Assembly (NCBI GenBank): GCA_046735395.1
Contig: JBJKQR010000062.1
Coordinates: forward strand, 4,800 to 68,799
From: Fidelibacterota bacterium
GTDB taxonomy: Bacteria; Fidelibacterota; Fidelibacteria; Fidelibacterales; DSDE01
Direction of reading: 5' to 3'
Length of the DNA: 64,000 nucleotides
Part shown: one piece after another, positions 48,698 to 59,400 of the stretch
Layout: every line of letters begins with the position of its first letter
Numbering within the stretch: position 1 is the first letter of the stretch
Notes under the pieces: model-generated
What the model was told of the DNA's origin: nothing
What the model saw: the letters and a program-made list of their open reading frames with translations, nothing else
The model's database searches: none
Translations under genes and position numbers: made by a program

Positions 48698-50475
48698 CCT
48701 TCTGATTTACATATTTCAACGAGTTTATCATAAATCTGTTCCACCGTAAAGGGAGACCCGCCGCTGATGGAGTAGGGCGTGATCTTGGTCCCGTAGTCAC
48801 CGAAACGGATAAAACCGCGCAGATAACGTCTGAACGGACCAGCATAGGCAACTTCAGCGATGAGAACATGTTTTTTAGTCTTCATGAATTTCTCAAAAGG
48901 TTTGGTGAGGAAGGGGAGAATGAGCTGGGGCACGATAGCGGCCACATTGTAGCCATTTGCATTGGCCTTCTCCACGGCTTCCTTGACGGCACCCTTGCTG
49001 GATCCCCAGGCAATCACTCCGATGGGTGCGTCATCCGGCCCGTATGTTCTGACGAACTCGAATTCTTCCTTGATGAGATCGTGCTTGGCAAAGCGTTTCA
49101 CATTCATCTTCTCATGAATGTCCACGTCAGAGGTCGGCCAGCCGATTTCCGAATGTTCAATTCCGGCCGCCTGGTATTCACCGCCCTCGATACCGGGTTT
49201 GGTGATAGGTGAAATTCCGCTTTCGCTGTAACGGAAGCGCTTGTATTCCTTCAGTTCCTCGGCGGTGGGAAGCAGTCTTTCATTCACCTTCTTGAAACCG
49301 TATTCAAGGTTTTTGAACCGGTCCGGATTGATGGATTCCTTCCGCTGCCCGATAAAACTGTCGGACAGGAGGATAACCGGGATCTGGTATTTCTCGGCAA
49401 TGTAGAAACTCAGAACGGTTGTATCGAAGCAATCCTCCACGTCGGAGGGAGCGATGACGACTCTCGGTGAATCACCATGGCTTCCCCAAATTGCCTGCAT
49501 CAGGTCGGCCTGTTCGGTCTTCGTGGGAATTCCGGTGGAAGGCCCCACACGCTGAACATTCACAACGACGATGGGCAGTTCGGCAATGGAAGCCAGGCCG
49601 ATACTTTCGTTCATCAGGGAAATTCCCGGTCCCGACGTTGCGGTCATCGCCTTGGCACCCCCGAAGGATGCACCGACGATGGCGTTGATGGAAGCCAGTT
49701 CGTCCTCCATCTGCATGAAGACGCCGCCGTACTTGGGCATTTCCTTGGACAGCCACTGCATGACTTCCGAAGACGGTGTGATGGGATAGCCGGCAAAGTA
49801 ATTGATCCCGGAATAGAGCGCCCCGAAGGCGATGGCCTCATTTCCTTCCATGATCAGCTGAGCTTTGGCTTTCTTGTATTCGAAGGTAATATGATCCGTC
49901 TTTTTCAGATTATCGCGTACATAATCCGCACCGGCATGCACGGCCGTCAGATTGCTCTCTATGACTTCCGATTTCTTGGATGCGAAGCGTTTCTTGATGG
50001 ATTTGGCAAGCGCGTCATCCGGCAGTTTGAAAAGTTCGGATACAGCTCCCAGCATGACGATATTCTTTGCGAGAAGCGATCCGGCACTGTTCTTGGCGAT
50101 TTCACCAAAGGGAATTTTATACCAGGCTTCCACATTCTTCATATCCAGCGGGATATCCTCTTCAGGAAATTTATCTTCAGAATCACTGACGATCACCAGA
50201 TTCTTCTTGAACATCATTTCGCCCTGGAAACGCAGAAAATCCTTCCAGCTCAGTACGACGAGCACATCAATTCTGTCACCCTGTGTCGCAATGGGGTTCT
50301 GGCTGATTCGCGTACGAACCGAACTTTCCCCGCCCCGGATCTGTGGACCGAAACTTTTCAGCATAAAGGTAAAAAGTCCGTCACTTGCCGCAGCATTGAT
50401 TAAAATTTCCCCGGCCGAGATGATCCCGTCACCTCCGGAGCCGGCGATACCGATTACGATGTCATTTTGTCCCAT
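48685..50475 (-). CDS. korA: 2-oxoglutarate/2-oxoacid:ferredoxin oxidoreductase alpha subunit (fused gamma-alpha type)
   Basis: 596 aa. N-terminal gamma-like IGIAGSGGDGIISAG...GPQIRGGES, then the alpha domain GYPITPSSE and TSGPGISLM. It overlaps korB by 13 nt. Confidence 0.9.
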   Translation of the reverse strand: MGQNDIVIGIAGSGGDGIISAGEILINAAASDGLFTFMLKSFGPQIRGGESSVRTRISQNPIATQGDRIDVLVVLSWKDFLRFQGEMMFKKNLVIVSDSEDKFPEEDIPLDMKNVEAWYKIPFGEIAKNSAGSLLAKNIVMLGAVSELFKLPDDALAKSIKKRFASKKSEVIESNLTAVHAGADYVRDNLKKTDHITFEYKKAKAQLIMEGNEAIAFGALYSGINYFAGYPITPSSEVMQWLSKEMPKYGGVFMQMEDELASINAIVGASFGGAKAMTATSGPGISLMNESIGLASIAELPIVVVNVQRVGPSTGIPTKTEQADLMQAIWGSHGDSPRVVIAPSDVEDCFDTTVLSFYIAEKYQIPVILLSDSFIGQRKESINPDRFKNLEYGFKKVNERLLPTAEELKEYKRFRYSESGISPITKPGIEGGEYQAAGIEHSEIGWPTSDVDIHEKMNVKRFAKHDLIKEEFEFVRTYGPDDAPIGVIAWGSSKGAVKEAVEKANANGYNVAAIVPQLILPFLTKPFEKFMKTKKHVLIAEVAYAGPFRRYLRGFIRFGDYGTKITPYSISGGSPFTVEQIYDKLVEICKSEGCGK

Positions 50476-50715
50476 TGAAATAATTCCTCCCGGGATGGTT
50501 TAATTATGTTATATGAATTAAGGGTTAAACGGTCATTATAGGTATATTAATTAGTCTAACAAAAGCAAGAATCGTGATACGAATTAAAGAGATATTTCGG
50601 AAGCAGTTCACGGCCTGCGGCCCTTTTATTAATAGCATGAAGTTACCAGAATGAAAACTCTATGTCAACATCTTATAGCCCCGGTGTGAGATTTCCAGCT
50701 CAATATTTAGGGGGT

Positions 50716-50747
50716 AAAAAAAACGGCAACTATTGGAAGCTGCCGTT
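50716..50747 (-). terminator. Rho-independent terminator after tonB
   Basis: Minus strand: AAACGGCAGC-TTCCAATA-GTTGCCGTTT (10 bp including one G-U pair) followed by a U-tract. The terminal TTT of the stem merges with five more T to give a run of eight. It lies about 25 nt after the stop at 50773. Confidence 0.65.
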
Positions 50748-50772
50748 TGAGTATTCTTATTTTCAGAGTGCA

Positions 50773-51423
50773 TTACTTGAGTTTAAAAACGATGGGGATA
50801 GCAATCCAGACCCCCACGCTGCGGTCTCTCTGCTTGGCCGGTTTGAATTTCGTTTTCCGGATGGCATTGATCGCGGCTTCATCAAGTCCCGTATTTGCCA
50901 TACCTTTCATAACCACCCAGTCCGTTACCACGCCACTTTCATTAACGAACGCCTGAACGATGACTGTTCCCTCAATCTGCGCTTCGCGGGCGATATCAGG
51001 ATATACCACGTTTTTCATAATGGCTGCATTTCCGCCGATAGGCTGGGGAGCCTCATCATAGGGAATGAATTTCACCCGGGGGCCGCTGTTATCATCCTTT
51101 TCAGGAGGAGGCGGCGCATCGGCAGCTGTATAGGTATCAAATTCAAAACCTTCCCATTCCACATCGTCCGCAACTTCCTCGCTTTCGGACATGACCGGAA
51201 CGGTGGGGCGCTGGGGTGGGGCAGCCTGCTGTACTTTTTCGGTAACCGGAACGTCGACGGTTTCCACCATAATGTCCGGGCCCTGAAGTTCAGTGGCTTT
51301 AAACTGAATTTTCGGCACAAAATACAGAGTGGCAACGATAATCAGCATCACCAGTACCGATGATACTTCAGCCACAAAGGGAGATCGTTTTTTCAACTGG
51401 TCATATTTACTGAGTTGCGTCAT
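50773..51423 (-). CDS. tonB: TonB-family energy transducer
   Basis: 216 aa. N-terminal TM anchor, Pro/Glu-rich linker, and C-terminal TonB_C (YPDIAREAQIEGTVIVQAFVNESGVV...AINAIRKTKFKPAKQRDRSVGVWIAIPIVFK). Confidence 0.8.
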   Translation of the reverse strand: MTQLSKYDQLKKRSPFVAEVSSVLVMLIIVATLYFVPKIQFKATELQGPDIMVETVDVPVTEKVQQAAPPQRPTVPVMSESEEVADDVEWEGFEFDTYTAADAPPPPEKDDNSGPRVKFIPYDEAPQPIGGNAAIMKNVVYPDIAREAQIEGTVIVQAFVNESGVVTDWVVMKGMANTGLDEAAINAIRKTKFKPAKQRDRSVGVWIAIPIVFKLK

Positions 51424-51432
51424 AATCCCTCC

Positions 51433-51843
51433 TTAGTTCACGGCTGTCGTGGCTGAATAGTTCAGCTTCAATGCATCCGCTTCGCGCAGTTCATTATGCA
51501 GTGAATTGATCACTTTCATGGCCACATTCTTATCAGCTCTCAGAGAAATAACAAGCTGGGGATCTGCAGCTCTCAATCCGTAGGCAACATCTCTGACTTT
51601 ATTCACCGGAACCATTTTGTCCTGAATGGACACAACGCCGTCCTTACTGACCCACAGAAAGGCAACGTGCCGCTTCGTATCGACCTTGGAGATTTCCTTT
51701 GCCGACGGCAACGTAACGTCCAGTCCATCGTATTGTCTCAATACCGTTGTCATCATGAAAAAGATGAGCAGCATGAAAATGATATCAGGCATGGATGCGG
51801 TGGAAATACCGCCCTGAACTTTATTTTTTCTCTCAAGTTTCAT
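51433..51843 (-). CDS. exbD: ExbD/TolR biopolymer transport protein
   Basis: 136 aa. MPDIIFMLLIFFMMT, followed by a periplasmic domain. Confidence 0.85.
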   Translation of the reverse strand: MKLERKNKVQGGISTASMPDIIFMLLIFFMMTTVLRQYDGLDVTLPSAKEISKVDTKRHVAFLWVSKDGVVSIQDKMVPVNKVRDVAYGLRAADPQLVISLRADKNVAMKVINSLHNELREADALKLNYSATTAVN

Positions 51844-51854
51844 CTATCTCACCT

Positions 51855-52259
51855 CTATTCCCCGGTTGCAACGGATGTTCGCTGCAGGGCATTGGCTTTC
51901 TTCAGCTGATCAATGACTGAAACATAGACCTGATATTTGGTCTGATTATCCGTCTGCACCGAGAAGATCATTTTATCATTCTGCTGAAGCAGCTGTTTCG
52001 CCCGGCGGGACACATCACTGACGGGAATGACTTCATCATTGAAGAGAACGCGTCCGGCAGCATCTACAAGCACGTTGGTAATCTTGTCCTTGCTCACCGT
52101 AAAATCGCTGCCCTTTCCGGGAAGCACCAATCCGATTCCCTTATCCTGATCAACCGTACTCACAAGCAGAAAGAAGACCAGCAGAAGAAAGGCGATATCA
52201 GACATCGATCCTGAATTGATTTCAGGTGTCGGTCTCCGTTTCTTTTTTCCTAAAAGCAT
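51855..52259 (-). CDS. exbD: ExbD/TolR biopolymer transport protein (second copy)
   Basis: 134 aa. MSDIAFLLLVFFLLVST, followed by a periplasmic domain. Confidence 0.85.
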   Translation of the reverse strand: MLLGKKKRRPTPEINSGSMSDIAFLLLVFFLLVSTVDQDKGIGLVLPGKGSDFTVSKDKITNVLVDAAGRVLFNDEVIPVSDVSRRAKQLLQQNDKMIFSVQTDNQTKYQVYVSVIDQLKKANALQRTSVATGE

Positions 52260-52273
52260 AGCTACCCTGCTGG

Positions 52274-52885
52274 TTATTTCACTTTTTGACTGAGGATATC
52301 AATCAGTTCTACAGAAGATTCTTCCATCGATACGATAATCTTGTCAATTCTGTCCATGAACCAGTTCTGGAACAGGGTCATCATAATGGCCACAACCAGA
52401 CCGAACAGTGTGGTGAGAAGGGCTTCGGAAATACCGCTGGCAACAATGGCCGGCGTCATATCGTTGGCGGCCGCAATGTCATTGAAGGCGGACACCATAC
52501 CGGACACCGTTCCGGTGAATCCGAGCATGGGAGCAACGCTGATGACCGTTGACAGCCAGATCTGATTTTTTTCCAGAAACGCCATTTCGAGAGAACCGGC
52601 GGACTGAATGGATTTTTCAACCTTTTCCATACCCTGATCCACGCGGCTCAGCGCTTCGTGGTAGACGGAAGCGACCGGTGAACTGCTGCTGGCAGTAAAT
52701 TCCTTGGCTGCAGCAACACCCTCATCCTTCAGGATATTATTGACGCTTTTCAGAAACGTGCGCGTCTGAAGCTCAGCTGTCGTAAGAGAGTAGAAACGTT
52801 CGAATACAATTATCAGTCCCAGGACAAATACACCCAGGATCGGCCACATGAACGGACCACCCTTTAAAAATAAATCAATTAACAT
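52274..52885 (-). CDS. exbB: MotA/TolQ/ExbB proton-channel protein
   Basis: 203 aa with three TM helices. Conserved APMLGFTGTVSGM and SGISEALLTTLFGLVVAI. Confidence 0.85.
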   Translation of the reverse strand: MLIDLFLKGGPFMWPILGVFVLGLIIVFERFYSLTTAELQTRTFLKSVNNILKDEGVAAAKEFTASSSSPVASVYHEALSRVDQGMEKVEKSIQSAGSLEMAFLEKNQIWLSTVISVAPMLGFTGTVSGMVSAFNDIAAANDMTPAIVASGISEALLTTLFGLVVAIMMTLFQNWFMDRIDKIIVSMEESSVELIDILSQKVK

Positions 52886-52964
52886 GGATGAGAACCTCCG
52901 ATTTTTTTATTCACTCTTTTATTTTTTTCCATTGCAAAGATTTTAGGTATTATCCGCAAAAAAG

Positions 52965-54608
52965 TCAATCATTTTGATTGCTATTTTGATGGTACATGGC
53001 CACCAGTTCATGAGCGTTTTTAAGCGCATCCAGAGCCGCCTGAAACTGGTTGTCATCCGTCAGTCTGGCCATGTAAAAGGCATCGTTTCCCCAGAGGGAT
53101 TTTGCGATTTCGGAGCGTACCGACATGAGGATATCCGTCTGGTTCTCCTTCAGCTCTTCCAGCTTCAGCTCCGGTTCATATTCCAGGCTGTACTGGTAAA
53201 TCTGCTCCATGATATCCTCAGGAAAATGGTAATCCATCACAAAGTCCCGGGCCTCCGAAAATTTCGGCAGAGTCTCATTGATGTACTTCTGGGCGAATTT
53301 GAAGAAGATCCGGTTGGGGTTGCGATACAGCAGCCGGCTGCTTTCACTCAGGTCGAAGTCCCGTTTAACGATCACATCCGGCGTGATGCCGCCGCCGCCA
53401 TAGACGGTCCGGCCGGCCTTGGTCTTGAATTCGGGACGGTTCTCTTTATCACCGGCTCCGGCAGCAGCGCTGTCCGACTCCGTGTAGATTTCATTGTAAT
53501 ATTCCTCGGTACCCTTGTCGTAAGGCCTCTGGATGAGACGTCCGGACGGTGTGTAATACCGTGCAACGGTCACTCTCACAGCAGATCCGTCCTTGAGCGG
53601 CCACTGACGCTGTACCAGTCCCTTCCCGAAGGAGGTTTCACCGACAATCATACCCCGATCCAGATCCTGAATGGCTCCGCTCACGATTTCGGAGGCGCTG
53701 GCGCTTCCCCGGTTGATGAGCACCACAATGGGCAGGTTCTTGTACAGGCCCTTGCCGGTGGCGTGATAGGATTCATTTGAATTTTTTACGCGGCCTTTCG
53801 TGTAAACGATCATATCACCCTTGTCCAGAAATTCATCCAGCATTTCCACGGCCTGGTTCAGATAGCCGCCGCTGTTGAAACGCAGGTCAATGATCAGCGA
53901 TTTCATGCCCTGGGCCTTCAGCTCGGAAAGCGCAGTACTGAATTCTTCCGCTGTCGTTTCGGAAAAGCGGTTGACCAGAACATATCCGGCATCGTCATTT
54001 ACCATGAATTTGGCAAGAACGGAGTAGATGGGAATATCGTCGCGAATGATATCCACTTTGAAGGGTTTGGGAACTCCGGCCCGTTTCACGGTCAGCACCA
54101 CCTTCGATCCTTTTTTCCCACGGAGACGCTTGAAGGTCTGCTCCCGCGTGATGTCCTTGGCGCTGCTGTCATCAATCGCGATAAACTTGTCTCCCGTATG
54201 CAGCCCGGCCCGTTCCGAAGGTGTTCCCACGATGGGAGAGATAACGGTGATGTATCCGTCAATGATATCGAATTCGATCCCGATTCCCTGAAAATTTCCC
54301 TGAAATTCCTCAGTAATATTTTTCAGCTGATCCTTGTCGATGTAAATGGAGTGAGGATCCAGTTCGCCCAGAAATCCACGATACAGGCCAGCCATGGCCT
54401 TGTCCCAATCCACATCATCCACATAATATTCATTCACGATGGAAATCATGTCATTCAGAACCGCCAGTTTCAGATAGAGGTCATTGCCCTTCTCGTCCGT
54501 TCCGGAGGATATTTTGGGAGAAATTACGATGGCTGCCACCACCGCAAGTAACAGGAAGGCGGTAAGTATTTTATGTTTTTTCATTATCATTCCTATCTTC
54601 GTTTTCAT
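52965..54608 (-). CDS. Carboxyl-terminal processing (S41A, tail-specific) protease
   Basis: 547 aa. N-terminal anchor, PDZ domain (GIGIEFDIIDGYITVISPIVGTPSERAGLHTGDKFIAIDD), catalytic Ser region RGSASASEIVSGAIQD, and Lys region GETSFGKGLVQ. Confidence 0.9.
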   Translation of the reverse strand: MKTKIGMIMKKHKILTAFLLLAVVAAIVISPKISSGTDEKGNDLYLKLAVLNDMISIVNEYYVDDVDWDKAMAGLYRGFLGELDPHSIYIDKDQLKNITEEFQGNFQGIGIEFDIIDGYITVISPIVGTPSERAGLHTGDKFIAIDDSSAKDITREQTFKRLRGKKGSKVVLTVKRAGVPKPFKVDIIRDDIPIYSVLAKFMVNDDAGYVLVNRFSETTAEEFSTALSELKAQGMKSLIIDLRFNSGGYLNQAVEMLDEFLDKGDMIVYTKGRVKNSNESYHATGKGLYKNLPIVVLINRGSASASEIVSGAIQDLDRGMIVGETSFGKGLVQRQWPLKDGSAVRVTVARYYTPSGRLIQRPYDKGTEEYYNEIYTESDSAAAGAGDKENRPEFKTKAGRTVYGGGGITPDVIVKRDFDLSESSRLLYRNPNRIFFKFAQKYINETLPKFSEARDFVMDYHFPEDIMEQIYQYSLEYEPELKLEELKENQTDILMSVRSEIAKSLWGNDAFYMARLTDDNQFQAALDALKNAHELVAMYHQNSNQND

Positions 54609-54801
54609 TTACCGGGTCACCACCACGCTTTTATTCAGTAAAATTACGATTTAATTCAATAAAAGTTCAAAGATTTCTTTCCGGTCGGGCCGCGCCGCAT
54701 CATAATCCGGGAACCGAAGTCGCACAAGCATTGAAAATACTCAGATAATACTGCAATGATGAAATGATGATGCAGGGCTTATATTCTGAAATGATTGCGT
54801 C

Positions 54802-55509
54802 TCAGAGACCGAAATATATGAATACCTGCGCAAAGGGTGAAACGAGGGTCATGAGTCCGCCGCCAGGCGAATTTGAGACCGTATAATAGTCATCGACCTT
54901 CCAGGCTGTGGGCGGAATCAGGGCAATATGAGCACCGGCATTGAAGCGCAGTCCGCCCCGGCGCATGAACTGCCATAACCAGGAAATTTCCGGCAGAAAG
55001 GTCGGCGCGCTTTTCGCTGTAAGCCGCGCCCCGAATTCGGGTTTTGCAAAAATGGCGGCCCAGTCATTATTATGGCGGTTTCTCAGATATTTATAGCTGT
55101 AATTGGAAATTCCCGCACTTAGATTCAGCGCGAACTGGCCGTGGGCGGATACGGGGAACACATATTCCACAAAGAGCAGTGACGATGACAGGGACATCTG
55201 CGAATACATGACTGAATCCGTGGAGGCAATATTTTCCGAACGCTGTTTTTTCCCGGCCAGAACCGAAGCCCCAAGTCGCCAGTGGTCACTGATGGTACCC
55301 CAGCCCTGCACGCCGTGCAGATAGGTATTTCCGCTGAAGTCAATTCCTTCCGGAGTCTGGGGCAGATCAATCGAAGGAAGCGAAACCCATGTGGGCGTAT
55401 ATCCGATGCCGCCCCCGTAGAAGGCATCAAAATAATCCGTCTGCATCTGTGCAGCCACCGGCAGCGCCGCCAGGCAAAGGCCGAAGAGTATTCGTTTCAA
55501 AAGGCGCAA
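54802..55509 (-). CDS. Small outer-membrane beta-barrel-like protein (hypothetical)
   Basis: 235 aa. Signal peptide (LFGLCLAALPVAAQ), alternating hydrophobic beta-strand pattern, and C-terminus ...VFIYFGL. It is a paralog of 55538..56263. Confidence 0.55.
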   Translation of the reverse strand: MRLLKRILFGLCLAALPVAAQMQTDYFDAFYGGGIGYTPTWVSLPSIDLPQTPEGIDFSGNTYLHGVQGWGTISDHWRLGASVLAGKKQRSENIASTDSVMYSQMSLSSSLLFVEYVFPVSAHGQFALNLSAGISNYSYKYLRNRHNNDWAAIFAKPEFGARLTAKSAPTFLPEISWLWQFMRRGGLRFNAGAHIALIPPTAWKVDDYYTVSNSPGGGLMTLVSPFAQVFIYFGL

Positions 55510-55537
55510 GGAAACCTCCGCTGTTTCAGGGTATTAC

Positions 55538-56263
55538 TCAGAAGCCCAGCATCACCGACGCATTCAGATAGGGTGAAATCAGACGTATATCATCCGGCGC
55601 GGCAACGGGAATGAATCCATTGACCGTCCACGCGGATTGAGACAGCTGGCTGAAATGAAAGCCACTGACAAGCCTGACCTGAAAACGGTCCAGAATCTGC
55701 AGCTGCATGGACAGGCTCAGTCTCATAAAAAACTGCGGGGCTGATAACAGACTGTTCTGTGTCATGACCGTGTTCCGTCCGTCCAGAAACGCGTCCCAAT
55801 CAGGACTTTTCACGATCTTCATATATTCGACCTTGTAGGAGTTCAGGCCGAATGTAGTTCCGAAACCGATAGTCATATTGTAGTCGACCGGCGCCGCATA
55901 TTCAATCGTCAGGCCGGTGGAGGCCATCACCGTCGCGGCCATGAGATTCGTATCCTGCAGAGACTCATTCACTTCATACCGTCCGCTCTGAAAATTTGCG
56001 CCCAGGCGCCAGGTATCACTGAAATGAACATAGCCTTCCATACCCTGCAGAACCAGCGGTTCATAATACAGATCCCGGGGATCGCTGCCGTAATCCAGCC
56101 GGATCTCAGGCATGGCGTCCCAGGTACTGTTGGTGAAATACATCATCAGCGCACTGTATCCCACGCCCCCCCGGGCAGTGTCAGAAGCCTGTCCGCGGAG
56201 ACTCGCGGCTGCCATACTGATGATGATGAAAAAGAGGGTTGAATAATTCCTAAAACGCTGCAT
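55538..56263 (-). CDS. Small outer-membrane beta-barrel-like protein (hypothetical), tandem paralog
   Basis: 241 aa. Signal peptide (FFIIISMAAASLRGQ) and C-terminal ...ASVMLGF. Blocks shared with the neighbour: TWRLGANFQSGR / HWRLGASVLAGK, PDWDAFL / NDWAAIF, SAWTVNG / TAWKVDD. Confidence 0.55.
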   Translation of the reverse strand: MQRFRNYSTLFFIIISMAAASLRGQASDTARGGVGYSALMMYFTNSTWDAMPEIRLDYGSDPRDLYYEPLVLQGMEGYVHFSDTWRLGANFQSGRYEVNESLQDTNLMAATVMASTGLTIEYAAPVDYNMTIGFGTTFGLNSYKVEYMKIVKSPDWDAFLDGRNTVMTQNSLLSAPQFFMRLSLSMQLQILDRFQVRLVSGFHFSQLSQSAWTVNGFIPVAAPDDIRLISPYLNASVMLGF

Positions 56264-56362
56264 AACTATTGCTTATCGACGATCTTTTAATTCATTACTT
56301 TAAATATACCCGCTAAATTCCTTTAATACAACAGCATTTTTGCTTCGGAACTTGCTTTTTCC

Positions 56363-56391
56363 TTGATTTTCACTGTCCGTAAATCTAAATT
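56363..56391 (+). promoter_or_regulatory. Candidate sigma70-type promoter for the Ig-repeat protein gene
   Basis: TTGATT (56363-56368), a 17-nt spacer, then TAAATT (56386-56391). It lies 29 nt upstream of the ATG at 56421. Sequence match only. Confidence 0.3.
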
Positions 56392-56420
56392 CAAAAAACT
56401 TGAATCGGCAGGAAAATTTT

Positions 56421-59400
56421 ATGATCCCAGGTAAACATGTATTCCGATTTTTTACGAGACTTGTAATGATTGCGGGCCTGACGATCAGCCTGTGCGGGCC
56501 GACGGCTCAGGCAGCCACGGAATGGCAGCTGGAATCAGGCAATTTTTCCATGACAAAATGGGCTTATCTGCCCCGCATCAGTTCGGAAAAGACGCATTAT
56601 ATCGTGACGCTGCGGGCTTCGCTTCGGGACGGCGGCCCCCAGGCACTTACTGTCTACGCTCTGCATGAAGACGGCACACGGATTGAAACCCTCTGGAACT
56701 ATTCCGCTCAGGAAGGGACCCGTACCGTGATCAGTGATTTCTGCATCAGCGATCTGGATGCAGACGGACGCCCCGAAATCAGCGCCATCTTCAATATTGA
56801 CGGCGACAAGCAGCCGACCTGGCTGAGACTATTCGAATGGAACGGAAAAACTTTCAGCACGAATCCGGTGAGCAGCAGCAACATCATCGTGGACAGCCGA
56901 AGTCAGGATCGTCCCGGGCAGATTTTTTTCGATACCTTTGAGAATGGAAAGAGCGCCCAGCTGGCCATCCTGTTCAGAGGCAGCCAGCGCCGGGCCTATA
57001 CGCTCTCCTACGAAGGCAGCCTGGAGGGCGCGGTCTGGAGGACGGACAAGGAATTCGTCTCGCCCAAATTCACCAGCGGCAACAGCATCCTTTTCTGTCA
57101 GCCCATCCGCCTGCCGCAGGGACGCTCGTCTCAGATCATGTTCTATGCAGAGGACAATGCCACCACGCTTTTCAGTCTCATGGCCCTTGATCGCAGCGGT
57201 AAATCCCAGGAACTCGCCTCTCTGCTGGCAGAAGGAAAAACCGGCGGTGTCCCGACAATGGTGTCCCGTACCTCAGAATTCGGCCCTGCACAGGATCGTC
57301 TTTTTTTCTCCACGGACCGAAAATCCCTGGCCATGATTGCCTACACTCAGAAAAGCGGCCTGCAGCTTGAGGCTCTGGATATTCAGAGCGATTTTGCCCC
57401 CGAATCCATTATTCAGTACATTCCCACTGCGCAGGACACTTTTTTGCTTCTGGGATATAATAACACTTTCGCGTATACCGTATATCGGCTTGCAGACAAT
57501 ACATGGAACCTTTGGGAAAACGGACGCACCCAGAGCAGCGGCACTCGTCTCTACGGAACAGCCTTTTCCAATGAATCCGGCGATCATCTCCTCACCGCAA
57601 CCGCTTCCCGCAACCGCATTTTTCTGGAAGTGGGCGATCTGCGCCTGACGGAAACAGCTCCGGAAAAACCGGCAGAGAACACGGCCGATGCGGTGAAAAT
57701 TGATTCGGATCTGGATACTCTGGCCGTACTTGACAAGAAGGAAGCGGATATCATTCCGACAGCTCCGCAAACCGAAGCTGAAGCCGCAGCGATTCCCGCA
57801 CCCGCCCCCACCCTGATGCAGGATCTGAAATATAAAGTATCCCAGTATGATTATGTTTTCACACCTGCTGACACCTTTCGTCAGAATGTCAACGTCGGCC
57901 AGATGGACCCGGGCAATATGCAGATCGATTGGAAAGCTCCGGAAGGCGCTACCTTCAATATCAAAACCGGTGATATCACCTGGGATATCCGAGAGGATCA
58001 GCTGAATCAGCAGATTTTCGACCTGAAGATCGGAAACAAGGGCGATACCTCCGCATACTACTGGAATATTTACATCAACGATGTGCCCAGACTTCTGAAC
58101 AAGGAGAAGGAATTCACCATCAGTCTTCACCAGCCCTTTTCACTGCAGCTGCAGGTACAGGATCGTAATACAGATCCGGAGCAGCATTTCGTACTGAAGG
58201 ATCTCGCCGGCGCCACCATCAGCGACAGCGGGCTCATTGAATGGATTCCGGATGAAAACCAGCTTGATGTGAATATCTTCAGCGTTCTCATTTCGGACGG
58301 ATTCAGCGTAACCGAGGAAAAATTCATGGTTTACGTGAATGACCCCGTGCGCATTGTATCCCGTCCGTCGACGCTTGTTCTCAGGGTGAACCAGCCCTGG
58401 CAGTATCAGCTGCAGGTCGAAGACCGCAATGAACCCGAACTCTTTCAGATCAGCTTCACATCCGAAGCCGTGCTGACTCCCTTCATTGAAAAAATTAAAA
58501 AATTTCTGGTCGCTGATAAAATATCGGTGGAGCAGGAAGGACGGAAACGCAGCTATATTGATGTGCGCAGCAATGTCAAATCCATACAGATTTATGACAA
58601 CAAGCTCTACCTGACACTCGCCCGGAATAATGCGGATATTAAATTCAGCGAATATCTCAGCGGAATACTGGACATTGACTACAAATACATTCCCCGCTAT
58701 GCGGTGCGGCAACTCAAGCAGACCCAATTCGACATGAGTCAGACCGTGGCAGGAATGGAAATCAACAGCAGTGGGGCCGTAACCTGGAAGCCGACTGCGG
58801 ATGATCTCAATTATCAGAGCGTCACGCTTCGCGTTTCCGATGTACTCAGCGAAGATACACAGACTCTGAAACTCTATGTGAACAGCCCTCCCCGGATCAC
58901 ATCGCCCAGTAAGGCGGTAGTGCTGAATCCGGGACAGCTGCTGAGTTACAAATGCCAGGTTGAGGATCTGAATGAAAACCCGAAAATCAGCTACCGTCTC
59001 AGCAAGGACTCCCCGCCTGCTGAACTGGATTACACCGGTCAGCTCGTGTGGCGCGTCAAACCGGGCCAGTACGATTACAGCCAGCTCCGGATTATTGTCA
59101 GTGACGGCTATGATGAGGACGAGGTTCTCCTGATGATGTATGTGAATGACCCGGTGAAGATTGTTCCCTTTCAGCCGCTTTCAGCCGAAGTTGAAAAGGT
59201 CTGGAAACAGGATGTGAAGGTTCAGGATCGAAACAAGAGCACCCTGTATCGGATCGTGGTTGAGGATCAGTCGGTATTTTCCAATATCCGGGCGCAGATG
59301 GCCCTTTTCCTCAGCCGTCAGGCCGTTCCGGTAACCCATCCCGAATCCGCAGATGGCAAAGGCCGCGAAATCGATGTGCGGCCGGCAGTAAAAGCACTCT

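Noticed and set aside
56400-56420. The TTG start proposed by the track for the Ig-repeat protein.
   Set aside because: The ATG at 56421 gives a standard signal peptide (MIPGKHVFRFFTRLVMIAGLTISLCGPTAQA). The TTG would add seven residues with no support. This remains uncertain without N-terminal data.
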